DNA of 64,000 nt, taken from the NCBI GenBank assembly GCA_045598825.1, contig JAZRUX010000018.1, forward strand, positions 6,343-70,342. Reading direction: 5' to 3'. The stretch comes from Mycoplasmoidaceae bacterium. Its GTDB lineage: Bacteria > Bacillota_I > Bacilli_A > Mycoplasmatales > Mycoplasmoidaceae. How positions within the stretch are numbered: the first letter of the stretch is position 1; each line of letters begins with the position of its first letter. The notes under the pieces are model-generated. The model had not been told where the DNA came from. It made no database searches and worked only from the letters and a program-made list of their open reading frames with translations. The position numbers were made by a program, and so were the translations under genes. Below, piece by piece: positions 34,972 through 45,908 of the stretch.

Positions 34972-37341
34972 ATGAAAAGCTCAAATAACAAAAACTTATT
35001 AATCACTCGAGGGGTAATATGTTTCCCTAATATTGAGAAAGATATTGAAATTGCTAGAGAAGCATCAATTAATGTAATTAATGATGCTTATGACAAAGGC
35101 AATAAGGAAATCATCATTACAGCTCAAATTAATCCCAAGTTAGATACAGTAAAGAAGATTGATGAAATCTATAATATTGGTGTTATTGCTAAAATTACTA
35201 AGATTTCTCGTTCTGACAATGAAATAACTATTACAGTCACGCCTAAAGCAAGAGTTTTAATTAGTAATATTAATATTGATAGTAGCAAGAATCTAACTAA
35301 ATGTGAATTTACTGAGATTAATGATCAACAACTATATAAGATCGATGAATCAAAGGAATTTGATACATTATTAGAGTTATTAAACCGATATGATCAAAAG
35401 ATTACAGCACGTATTCGTGATGTTATCATTGAAAATGAAAAGAAAAATAAACAAAATGATTTTATCGATATTGTTTATCAAATTGCTGACTTGATGCCAA
35501 TCCATTTTGATCAAAAGCAACAAATCTTAGCTTTAAACACTCTACCATTAAAGATTGACGCTTTAACTGGTTTATTATCTAATCCAGCTGATTTAAGCAA
35601 AGTAGAAAAAGATATTAATAGAAAATTAAACGAAAGTTTAAGCAAACAACAACGTGAATTTTATTTACGAGAAAAGATGAGAACAATTAAGGAAGAACTT
35701 GGTGAAATCTCATCACGAGAGAATGATTCAACGATGTTTAGAAAAAAACTTCGTGAAAATCCTTATCCAAAACAAATAAAAGAAAAACTAGAATCAGAAA
35801 TTAACCATCTAGAATCTTCTAACCCACAAGAATCTTCAATGATCAGAACATATATTGAATGATTATTGAATATTCCTTGGTGACAAGAAAATAAAGACAA
35901 TAATGACTTTAACAAAGTTAAAAAGACACTAGATACTAGTCACTATGGTCTAGAAAAGGTTAAAGAAAGAATTGTTGAATACTTAGCTGTTCGTGCTAAA
36001 AGTAAAAATACAAAAGCACCAATTATCTGTTTAGTTGGTCCACCTGGTGTTGGCAAGTCATCATTAGCTAAATCAATTGCTGATGCTTTAAACAAACCAT
36101 TTGTTAAAATGGCTCTTGGTGGAGTTAAAGATGAATCAGAAATTCGTGGACACCGTCGAACATATTTAGGTTCAATGCCTGGGCGTATTATCAAAGCTAT
36201 GAAAAAAGCTGGGGTTGTTAACCCATTATTCTTATTAGATGAAATCGATAAGATGTCTTCAGACCAACGTGGTGATCCTGCTTCAGCAATGTTAGAAGTA
36301 CTAGATCCAGAACAAAACTCAAGATTTAGTGATAACTATATTGAAGAAGACTATGATTTATCAAAAGTCATGTTTGTGGCAACAGCTAACTATGCTGAAC
36401 AAATTCCAGCAGCATTATATGACCGTCTTGAAATCATTGAATTAACTTCATATACAGAATTAGAAAAGCTAGCTATTGCTAAGAAATACTTAATTCCTAA
36501 AGTATTAAAAGATTCAGGTTTAACTAATAAGGATCTATCATTCAAAGATGATGCATTAATGTTTATCATCCGACATTACACACAAGAAGCTGGTGTAAGA
36601 GAGCTTGAAAGAATGATTCGCAAAATTGCCAGAAAGTTAGTTGTTGAACAGTTAACTAATAAAAAGAAAACAACTAAAGTAATTGACAAGGTTGAAGCTA
36701 AGTTCTACTTAGACAAAGAAATCTATGAATACAACATTAAAGAAAAAGTAAGCATTCCTGGTGTTGTTAATGGTATGGCATATACTTCAGCAGGTGGTGA
36801 TTTACTACAAATTGAAGTAACACACTATAAAGGCAAAGGTGGTGTTAACATCACTGGTAACTTAAAGGAAACAATGAAGGAATCTGCACAAGTAGCTTTA
36901 GCTTTTGTTAAAGCTAATGCAAAACGATTTGGTATTAAAGATATTGATTTTGCTAAAACAGATATTCATATCCATGTTCCAACTGGTGGGGTACCAAAAG
37001 ATGGACCATCTGCTGGTGTAACATTGACAACAGCCATCATTTCTGCATTGAGTAATCGTCCAGTTAAATCAACATTATCAATGACTGGTGAAATCACTTT
37101 ACGTGGTAAAGTCTTAATTATTGGTGGGGTAAAAGAAAAGACAATCTCAGCTCACCGTGGTGGAGTTAATACCATCATTATTCCAGCCAGAGATGAGCGT
37201 TTCTTAAAAGATGTCCCACCAGAAGTAAAAGACAACATTACAGTTTACCTAGTGGAACACTATGATGAAATCTATAATATTGTCTTTAATGGTAAACCTT
37301 TAAAAGAAACAAAAATCATTAAAGGCAAGAATGTAAAATAA
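34972..37341 (+). CDS. lon: ATP-dependent Lon protease
   Basis: Pieces 34972..35862 and 36109..37341 are in frame. 789 aa. Walker A GPPGVGKSS and catalytic ..PKDGPSAGVT.. Confidence 0.97.
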
Positions 37342-37366
37342 AAAACCTGGTTGACCCAGGTTTTTT
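37340..37366. terminator. Bidirectional terminator between lon and the surface-protein operon
   Basis: AAAAACCTGG-TTGAC-CCAGGTTTTTT. Confidence 0.65.
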
Positions 37367-39385
37367 CTATGCAAAGTAATATGATGTATTTGCTGATGGT
37401 GTATAAGCACTAGGATGATCTGCTGTTTCTTGGAACATATTACTTATATTTAATTGTGAATATCCTGAATTTGGAACAGCCCAAATTAGATTTCTACTTT
37501 GTCCTGATGTATAAGTATGAAGGCTAGTGCACCCAGCAAACATCATTGAACAACATTCAGTTGTAATTGATGTTAATCTTAGTCCAGCACTAGTTAAAGA
37601 AGTGCAACCACTAAACATATATTTATAACATTCTTGTGCCGGTGTTGCAGCAATTAATGTTGATGCTGTTTGTAAGCTAGTGCAACCACTAAACATTGAT
37701 TTACAACATTTCATTCCCAATGTTATTGAACCTGTTTGTGGGAATGCTGGAGTGACTGTTAAGCCTGTACAATTTTCGAACATTTCTTCATAGCAAGAAT
37801 TGCCTCATTGCGTTGCTGGCAATACTGGCAAAGTGCCAGTAAGACCTGTACAATTTTTAAACATTTGATAATAACAATAATCAGGTAGTTCTGTCGCACT
37901 CAATGACAAAGTAGTAGTAAGTGCATAGCAGTTACAGAACATAAATTCATAACACCTTGTCGCAAGTGTTGTAGCAGGTAATGCTGGTGCAGTTTCTAAT
38001 TTATGACAATTATAGAACATTCCCGCATAGCATCCTTCAGCTAAACTTGTTGAAGCTAAAGTTGGTGCTTTAACTAGGTTAATACAACCATAAAACATTT
38101 GATTATAGCAATTAGCAGCCATTTCATCTGCTGGTAAGTTAAGATTGCTTATGTCTTCAAGAACTTCGCAAACTGAAAACATATTAGAATAGCAATATGG
38201 TGCTAACTTTGTTGCGGGTAGTAAGTCTACTGCAATTTCACCTAATCCTAATTTCTTGCAACCTTCAAACATTGCACAATAACATGCAGTAGTTAGTTCA
38301 GTTGCAGGAAGGAACTGGTAAGGTAATGATTCCAAACCAGAACAACCTTCAAACATACTATAGTAACAACAACTTGAAAGTGTTCCATTAGGATTTGATT
38401 CAGTCTTACCAGCTGGCAATAATCCCTTAGGAATTGTTTTTAATCCTGAACAATTCATAAACATTCCACGATAGCAATATGCTCCATTGTAGTTAGTTTC
38501 ATCTGGATCATCTAATGTTGTATCAGGCAACAATGATGATGGGAAGTCAGTTAATCGTCGACAATTATAGAACATGTAAGCATATGAGTAGTTCTTTAAG
38601 TGTGTTGATGGTAAGAAGTTAGTAGAAATAGACACAATACCTGAACATTCTTCAAATAATTTATAGAAGCAATAGTCGTTAGGTATTGGTTCCTCACTAG
38701 GGTCTTCAGGAACCTTGCCATTATCAAGTAATGTCATAACATTACCATTTAAGCTAACAGCTCCACTAATTGAGAATGATGTATAGTCGACATCACTAGT
38801 ATTAAATCCATCTTGGTTGTCACCTTTGAAATATAACACTTCACCAGACTTAAGATGTATTGTATCACCATTTGTATATTTAGGCCAACTAATACCATCT
38901 TTAGAATAATAAACAGTTGGAGCCTTAGTCAAATCACCATGAGTGATCATCGAAACATCTGAGTCTCTAATTGCTTGTAGTCCAACACAAGTTTGAAGCT
39001 CGATATCAACATCAAAATGTGGATAAAGAGTCAAACCATCTGCTGGAATAATATCATTGTTATTCATTCGATGGTATCCATCCTCATCTCATGTTTCTCA
39101 ATAAGAGAATATATAACCATCTAGTGTTGCTATCGGTTGTGAAACTGTTGAAAACTGTCTTCCAACTTTGGCTTTAACATTGGTTGAACCAATAAATTCA
39201 ACATCATCTTGCCCTTCTGATTTTTTTTCAAATTTAACAGAGGTATATTGAACTGTTAATGGTTTATTAGTTTCGAACTTAGTAGGAACAAGAGACAATT
39301 GACTTGCTGCAATTATTCCAGCTGTAAGAGATGTTAATCCTAATGTGGATGCAGCTAATAAACTAATTTTTGTTTTCTTTTTCAT
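37367..39385 (-). CDS. Surface protein A of the CY/MF 26-residue-repeat family (672 aa; signal peptide but no lipobox Cys)
   Basis: ORFs 37367..37783, 37805..39067 and 39098..39385 share one frame, joined by TGA. N-terminal Flg_new-like domain, then a conserved ..LYFKGDNQDGF.. and ..NGNVMTLLDNG.. domain, then about 14 repeats of ..LPAT.L...CY..MF..C..L.. TAG stop. Confidence 0.8.
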
Positions 39386-39395
39386 ACTCTATCTC

Positions 39396-41744
39396 CTATC
39401 TGTATCCTCATGTTTCATTTTTTCCTGGAGTATCAAGATTAAACATTTTAGTAACCGCATCAGTCGGGATTGTTTTGTTAGGAACATTCCAAACTTCATA
39501 TGAATAATACCAATTATTAAAAGTAATTTTTGAAGTGTGCCCCCTTTGACTATCAGACAAAGCATACATTTGGAAACAACATTCAACGGCAAAATCTTCT
39601 AAATGAATTTTGCCAACAGTTGTTAAGTTCCAACAATATTGGAACATCATGTAATAACAACCAACAGTAGCACTAGTAGCGTATAGTTCAGGTGATGATG
39701 TTAATGAATGACAATCATAAAACATGGCTCTACAACAATAATTAGCAAGAATGATTGATTCCTCAGCACTTGGTTCAGGAAATATAGGTGGATTCACTAA
39801 TGATGAACAATTAAAGAACATACTACTATAACAAAAGTTTTTAAGTACTTTGCTTGGTAAATTAGGTGCAGTAGCCAAGTTTGTACAATCTGCGAACATA
39901 CCAGCATAGCATCCAGCAGACAAATCAGTCATAGGTAAGAATGTTGGTGAAACATCTCTAATTGCTACTTCACCAGTAAATAGATTGTTAAAACAGTATG
40001 CATAGTTAGAATCTTCAGATAATTCAGTTAAACCCGTTAATTCACCTCGGCAGTCATCTAACAACCCCATAATATCACCGCCAATATTTACTTGTGATGA
40101 ATCATCAAAAGCAAAGTGGGCATATGATGAGCTAGGACTACTTTTTGGTGTAAAACCATGAATATTATCACCCTTAATATATATCTTTGAACCCTGTGCT
40201 AAATCAACAGCAACACTAGCTTGCATTGTATGCCATGAAGCACCAGTATCAGTTGAATATGAGAATTGTGGTAATGATCCTGCACCAACAAAGTCTCATG
40301 AAACGGATGTTGCTGTGACAGCTTCAACATACATAGTATTACTTAATGTAATATCTTTAAATTCCATTGGAAAGAATGCTTTGACGCCTGTTCCGTCCGT
40401 TGCTTGTGCACAAATATCAACATTACCAGGACGAATTCCAGTAACAACACCACTTTCTGGGTTAACTGTTGCTACCCGAGTATCACTTGAGTATCAGTTA
40501 ATATGTTGTGATGGTGTTGGTTCATCATTTTTTTCAGGATCTACATGTGATGGTGTAGCAACAAGTTGATAAGGATGATTCAATGAAAAGACATAATCAG
40601 TAGGATCTTGAGCATACATAAGATCAGTACATGCAATACTAATATCTGTTGTTGTAACCTTAACTGACCAATTAGAAGGAATTGGAATAGGTGATGTAGC
40701 TTCTTGCGATTGATCATAAACTATTTCACCAGTTGAAGCTACATCATCTAGTCAATTTGTAAAGCAGTTACAATCACCACCAGTATATGCTAATCTAACC
40801 ATATTTAATGAAGAGCATCCAGCAAATAATTCATTGTAGCAAAAAGCTTGCGATGCATTAGAATCGTTTTCTGGTAGCAATGCAGTAGCTGGTAAATAAG
40901 GTGCAGTAATGATTGATGTACAGCCACTAAACAATCCATCATAACAATGTTCAGTTAATGTTATGGCAGGTAAAAATGTGTCAGACACATATTTAATTGC
41001 AGGGTTTCCTTCTAATAAATGATAGAAACAATAATCATTTGGAATATAGTCACTTGGAAGACCTTCTTCATCTTTTCCTGTGCCATCATTAATCAAACCC
41101 ATAACATCTCCACTTATGTTAATGGCTGGAGCAGGGTCTTCTGCACCAGTAAAGGAAATTGTAGTGTAGTCTGAATCACTTGTGCTAAACCCACTTTGAT
41201 TGTCTCCTTTTATGAAGATGTTTTGCCCTGGGAATAATTCCAAACCTTCTGCAGGAAATTCTGGTCAATCATCTTTACCATAATTTTGTGTATAGTGAAT
41301 GTCTGGATTAGAGTCACCATGATTTACTATTTTAATTGTTGTTGTTTCAATCGCTGAAATACCAACACAATTAGCTAGAATTATTTGATCTTCAAATACC
41401 GGATAAACCTTCATGTCTTTAGTGATTGGAGTATTTCATTCAATCTTTGTTGGGATATCTGGTTCAAGATCTAATGTTCAGTATGCAAATTTTGCATTTT
41501 CTTTAATGGCGATAGGTTGCATTACCGTAGCAAATTGTCGACCAACCTTTGCTTTTACAACTGCTGTTCCTTTGATTGTTACACCTTCTGGTGCACAAAA
41601 TGTTACAGTTGTATATTCAACTGAATCTGGTTCTTCAACATCTTGTTTTTGCGTTGTTACACAAGAAACTAATGTAGGAGTAGCAACAGCAAATGCAGTT
41701 GCTAAACTAATTAAAGGAATAATAAATGATTTATTTTTTTTCAT
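39396..41744 (-). CDS. Surface lipoprotein B of the same family, with two complete modules separated by a Big_2-like domain (782 aa)
   Basis: ORFs 39408..40226, 40752..41243 and 41478..41744 all equal 39396 mod 3. Codon-by-codon reading of 40227-40751 and 41244-41477 found only TGA interruptions. MKKNKSFIIPLISLATAFAVATPTLVSC lipobox. TAG at 39396-39398. Confidence 0.8.
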
Positions 41745-41757
41745 CTTTTCCTCCTAA

Positions 41758-44415
41758 TTACTGATGAAGTAAACGTCAGTTTCCATCAGTAGTGTATTGT
41801 AATTCGCCAAATTTACCAATAATGTCACCAGCAGCACTACCAGCAATAGTTATTCCAGTGCTATGACATAATGGTTCTTCTTCTGTATCAGATGCAAACG
41901 ATAATGATAAACCACCATCAGTTTTAAAGTTAATTGCATCAGTATTGATAGTAACAGTGCTTACCATATTATCACAGTTTTGCATGAATTCATTACCAAC
42001 TGATTGGACTGTTTCACTAATTGTTAAATTTTGGTTAAATGCACGACATGAATTTAAGAACTCATCACCAATTTTTTCAAGTGATGTTGGCATGTGTAGT
42101 GGAGTAATCTTTGGAACAGTTGCAGTTGAACCATTATTAAATGTACTACATGCTGCTAAGAAGTCATCGCCAATTTCTACGATACTATCAGGCAATACCA
42201 ATGTTTGGTTAAATGCCATTATGACTGGTGTAGATGCAAAAGCATCACCAGCAATAAAGTTGTCACCTATTAATACACACTTGCTGTTTTCAGTAAATGT
42301 AATTGGTGAGTTAAAGATGATGCAACCATGTAAGAAATTGTCACGAATAGCAGTAACATTATCACCAATAAATAGTTCTGTATCAAAAGTCTCTTTTGGC
42401 AATGGATCTCTTACTGGGGTTCGACCTAGAGGTGTATATTCAATACCGCCCATACCACTAGTAGATGATAAAGATTCAGCATCAAATTCCGCTCAAACAG
42501 TAGCACCTGGGTTTGTTGGATCAATAATTTTTCCTCAAATACCATCTGAGTCAATATATGGTGGTTGAACTGTAATTGTCTTAGTTGCTACAGCATTGCC
42601 GGTAGCAGTAGATGTTGCAGTGATTGTTGCAATACCTTTACTGTCAAGACCAGTAATTAACCTACCATCCGTATCTTCATCAAATATAGGTGCCGTGCCT
42701 TCTCAGCCAGCACTTGTAGCAACGCTTCATTCTACTTCTACTGGATTACCGCTAACATATTCCAAAGCTTCAAACAAAATTTGTGGATGTGATGCTACAA
42801 CAACATCATCACCATCAATAATGATTGGAGTGTCTGCTTGTGGTTCAATATTTAATGTTATTTCAGCAGGAGATAGGTATAATGTTGAATTGTATGTTAT
42901 GCCAACATAGAATGAATATTCTATTGCTTCAATTTCATCATTTCATGTAACAATACCATTAGGTATACTTAAACCAGGAATTGTTAACTCCTGTCTTTCA
43001 GCGTCCCTAAAGGAGTAAGTTAGTCCAGTACTAATTTCAGCTCCATTTTTTAATAATGTTCAAGGTGTTGCATCATGTCCAATTGACCCTTGTTTTCCAG
43101 TTAATAATGTTGATCCACCAGTCACAACATATTTGTCTGCTGGGTTAACATATAAATGAATATCTGGAGATTGAGTTGTAATGCTCTTATATGTTGTTTG
43201 GACATTAAATACCATTTCACTACCAACAGCGACATTTGTTCCTCAAGACACTTTCCCAGTCTTATTATCTATTTGAACACCAGTTGGTGGTGTTCCAACA
43301 ATACTAATTGTTTCTCCTTCAACATCACGTCCATTTTCTTTTAATTGTCAAGCACCATCATCAGCTCCAGCAACGCCAGCTTGAGCAGTCAATGAAACTG
43401 AACCACCAACAAGTTGATATACATCGGCTGGATTAACAGTAAGTGATATTTGCGGAGATGTTTGAACTACTTTACCAGCAATGCTCGCAGCTATAGTAAA
43501 TGTGTATGGATTAGCTGATGTTTCTATTTCATTTGTTCAAGTAACAACGCCTGTTTTAATGTCGACACCTTTCGGTTTAGTCCCCTGGATTGTATATGTT
43601 ACATCATCTTTAACTTCTCCACCGTTTTTTAGTAATGTTCAAGTTCCTGCATCGCCACCAGCAACACCAGCTTGTGCTGTAAGCGATATAGATCCACCTG
43701 TTAATGTATAAATAACCTGCGGTTGAATGTTTAGTGTAACACTAACTCTTGCTTTTTCAACATTTTCAACATAAGCAACAACACTAAAAGTTGCTGGTCC
43801 TGATTTTGTAGTTTCAGAAGCGTTTCATGAAACCTGTCCATTGTTAATAACAATGCTATAATCAGTAATATCACCCACAACAGCATATGTTGCACCTTCC
43901 ACAGGAGTTATTCCTTTCTTCAAAACCCAAATTCCTGTGTCAGTTCCAACATTTTGGTATGTTGCTTCTATGTATGTGTTTCCACCTTCTAATGTAAATA
44001 CATCTGGTTTATCTTCGTTAACGTCTAAAACGATTGGTTCACTTTCACAAGATAAACCATCAACCGTTTTAACAACAATAACAAATGTATAAGCCTTTGC
44101 TACATCAATTTCTTTTCATTGAATTATGTGATCATTATTTAATTCAATTATGCCCGAAACATCGCCATCATCTAATGATTTAATTTCAGTACTATCTCAT
44201 TGTTCATAAGGAATTTCTTCATCATTGTTCTTTAGCACTCATTTTGTGCTATCTTTACCAGCTGTGTTAATTGATGTTGTTAATCTTGTGTTACCACCGG
44301 TTAGTTCCAATTTATTAGTAACAAATGAACAAGTACAGCCAACTGCTGGAATAACAGTTGCTGTAGTTGCACATATGCCACAAACAATCGGAATTAATTT
44401 TGTTTTCTTAATCAT
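41758..44415 (-). CDS. Surface lipoprotein C: five Ig-like repeats, a Big_2-like domain and C-terminal BspA-type LRR units (885 aa)
   Basis: ATG 44413-44415 preceded by GGAG. MIKKTKLIPIVCGICATTATVIPAVGCTC lipobox. Hand translation from 44415 to ORF 41776..42453 sums to exactly 885 codons, with TGA about every 50 codons. TAA at 41758-41760. Confidence 0.75.
42826..44313 (-). repeat. Five tandem 96-106-codon repeats inside gene C
   Basis: The repeats share L.GG....LTAQAGVAG.D.G.W.L..NG..V.....Y.I.G....GV.I...TG.V.W.....(Y/F).F, which is He_PIG-like (putative Ig). Confidence 0.65.
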
Positions 44416-44474
44416 AAAATATCTCCATTCTTTATGGTTTCTAATTTATTTATATATTATTAAATAAAAAATGC

Positions 44475-44501
44475 AAAAAAATATAGACAGTCTATATTTT
44501 T
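44475..44501 (-). terminator. ackA terminator
   Basis: AAAAATATAGA-CAG-TCTATATTTTT. Confidence 0.55.
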
Positions 44502-44516
44502 AATTTGCTTTAGTTA

Positions 44517-45701
44517 TTATTTTGCTAGGGCTTTTACATCGCCAGCAATCATTAATTCTTCGTTTGTTCTTACTCTAAATAATCGAACATCTGAACCAGT
44601 AGCAGTTACTTCTAAATAATCACCATATTTTTCATGATTTTTAGCTGAGTCATACTTTAAATTCATAAGTTTAACACGGTCACAAACACCTTCTAATAAA
44701 TCTGGGTCATTTTCACCACATCCAGCAGTGAAAACAATTGCATCAACTTTGCCAATTTCATTTGCATATTGTACAACATAATTAGCAATACGTTGAAGTT
44801 GAATTTCTCTTGCTAAAATAGCATTTTTATCGCCTTGTTTTGCTTTAGCAATTACATCTCGTGAATCGCTACTTCCAGCAATACCTAACATTCCCGCTTT
44901 TTTGTTTAATTCAGCATTAATTTGTTCACCAGTCAACCCTTGGGTTAATAGGTAGGTACAAACTGATGCATCAATATCACCACATCTTGTTCCCATCAAT
45001 AAACCTTGTAATGGGCTTAACCCCATAGTTGTGTCATATGATTTGCCATCTTTAATAGCACAAATTGATGCACCATTACCAATATGACAAACCACTAAAT
45101 TAGGGTTTTTCTTGCCAAGTACTTCTTCCATTTTCTTTACAATGTAACGGTAGCTAGTACCATGGAAACCATATTTCTTAATTTCATATTTTTCTGTTGT
45201 TTGACGATCTAAACCATAGTCAGAGTTAACAGCAGGAATTGTTGAGTGATATGATGTATCAAAGACACCAACATTGTATGCATTTGGTACTAATTTTTTA
45301 AAGACTTTAATTACTGTTGTTTCACATGGATTGTGTAATGGGGCAATCTTGCCATATTCAATAGCTTTATTTAAGATTGCTTCATCATCAACAATTGTTG
45401 ATTCTTTAAAGAATTTACCACCCATTGCAATACGGTGACCAATACCAACAATATCATTTAAGTCTTCAATAACTTTTAATTCTTTTAATGCATCAAGAGC
45501 AATTTGCACGGCAGCAGTATGATCTGGCATTGGTGCATCTTTTTCAATTGTTTGTCCTTGAGCTGTTTTAACTTTAATGTGACCATCAACAAAGATACGT
45601 TCACATAATCCATTGGCAAATTCAGTTAAATTTTCATAGTCATATACACGAAATTTAATTGAACTTGAACCAGCATTAATAACTAATATTTTCTTGTTCA
45701 T
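44517..45701 (-). CDS. ackA: Acetate kinase
   Basis: MNKKILVINAGSSSIKF.. starts at codon 53 of ORF 44517..45857. 394 aa. AGGA lies upstream. Confidence 0.93.
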   Translation of the reverse strand: MNKKILVINAGSSSIKFRVYDYENLTEFANGLCERIFVDGHIKVKTAQGQTIEKDAPMPDHTAAVQIALDALKELKVIEDLNDIVGIGHRIAMGGKFFKESTIVDDEAILNKAIEYGKIAPLHNPCETTVIKVFKKLVPNAYNVGVFDTSYHSTIPAVNSDYGLDRQTTEKYEIKKYGFHGTSYRYIVKKMEEVLGKKNPNLVVCHIGNGASICAIKDGKSYDTTMGLSPLQGLLMGTRCGDIDASVCTYLLTQGLTGEQINAELNKKAGMLGIAGSSDSRDVIAKAKQGDKNAILAREIQLQRIANYVVQYANEIGKVDAIVFTAGCGENDPDLLEGVCDRVKLMNLKYDSAKNHEKYGDYLEVTATGSDVRLFRVRTNEELMIAGDVKALAK

Positions 45702-45908
45702 AATTTTCCTATCTAATAAGAAAATTATAAACGTTATTTTAATTTTTATGCATAATAAAGATACAGAAATTATGTTTATTAGTATAATAAACATATCGCA
45801 ATTATGAAAGGATAAATATGACAAGTGAATCGACACAGTTAGATCAAGGTGATGCATTTATCCTTACATTGCTTTAATCTTTCTTGATTTGCTTAGCATG
45901 GTAACAAC

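Noticed and set aside
37367-41744. A possible diversity-generating retroelement or template/variable repeat pair among the CY/MF paralogs.
   Set aside because: There is no reverse transcriptase gene in the window, and the paralogous segments I compared by eye are too diverged at nucleotide level to be a TR/VR pair. A formal dot-plot is still advisable.
41413-43711. Several long plus-strand ORFs (41413..41757, 41945..42568, 42596..42910, 43481..43711) opposite genes B and C.
   Set aside because: They are antisense to a continuous, repeat-structured and lipobox-initiated minus-strand frame. Their translations are Ser/Thr/Val-rich mirror products with no start context.
6175-44313. Tandem repeats at 6175-6879 and 42826-44313 as possible CRISPR arrays or satellite DNA.
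   Set aside because: The repeat units are 230-320 nt, diverged and in frame inside long lipoprotein ORFs. There is no short direct repeat and spacer structure, and no cas genes.
44517-45857. A 52-codon N-terminal extension of the ackA ORF (MHHLDLTVSIHLSYL..).
   Set aside because: The extension is a hydrophobic AT-rich read-through of the promoter region. The canonical acetate kinase N-terminus MNKKILVINAGSSS begins at ATG 45699-45701, with AGGA upstream.
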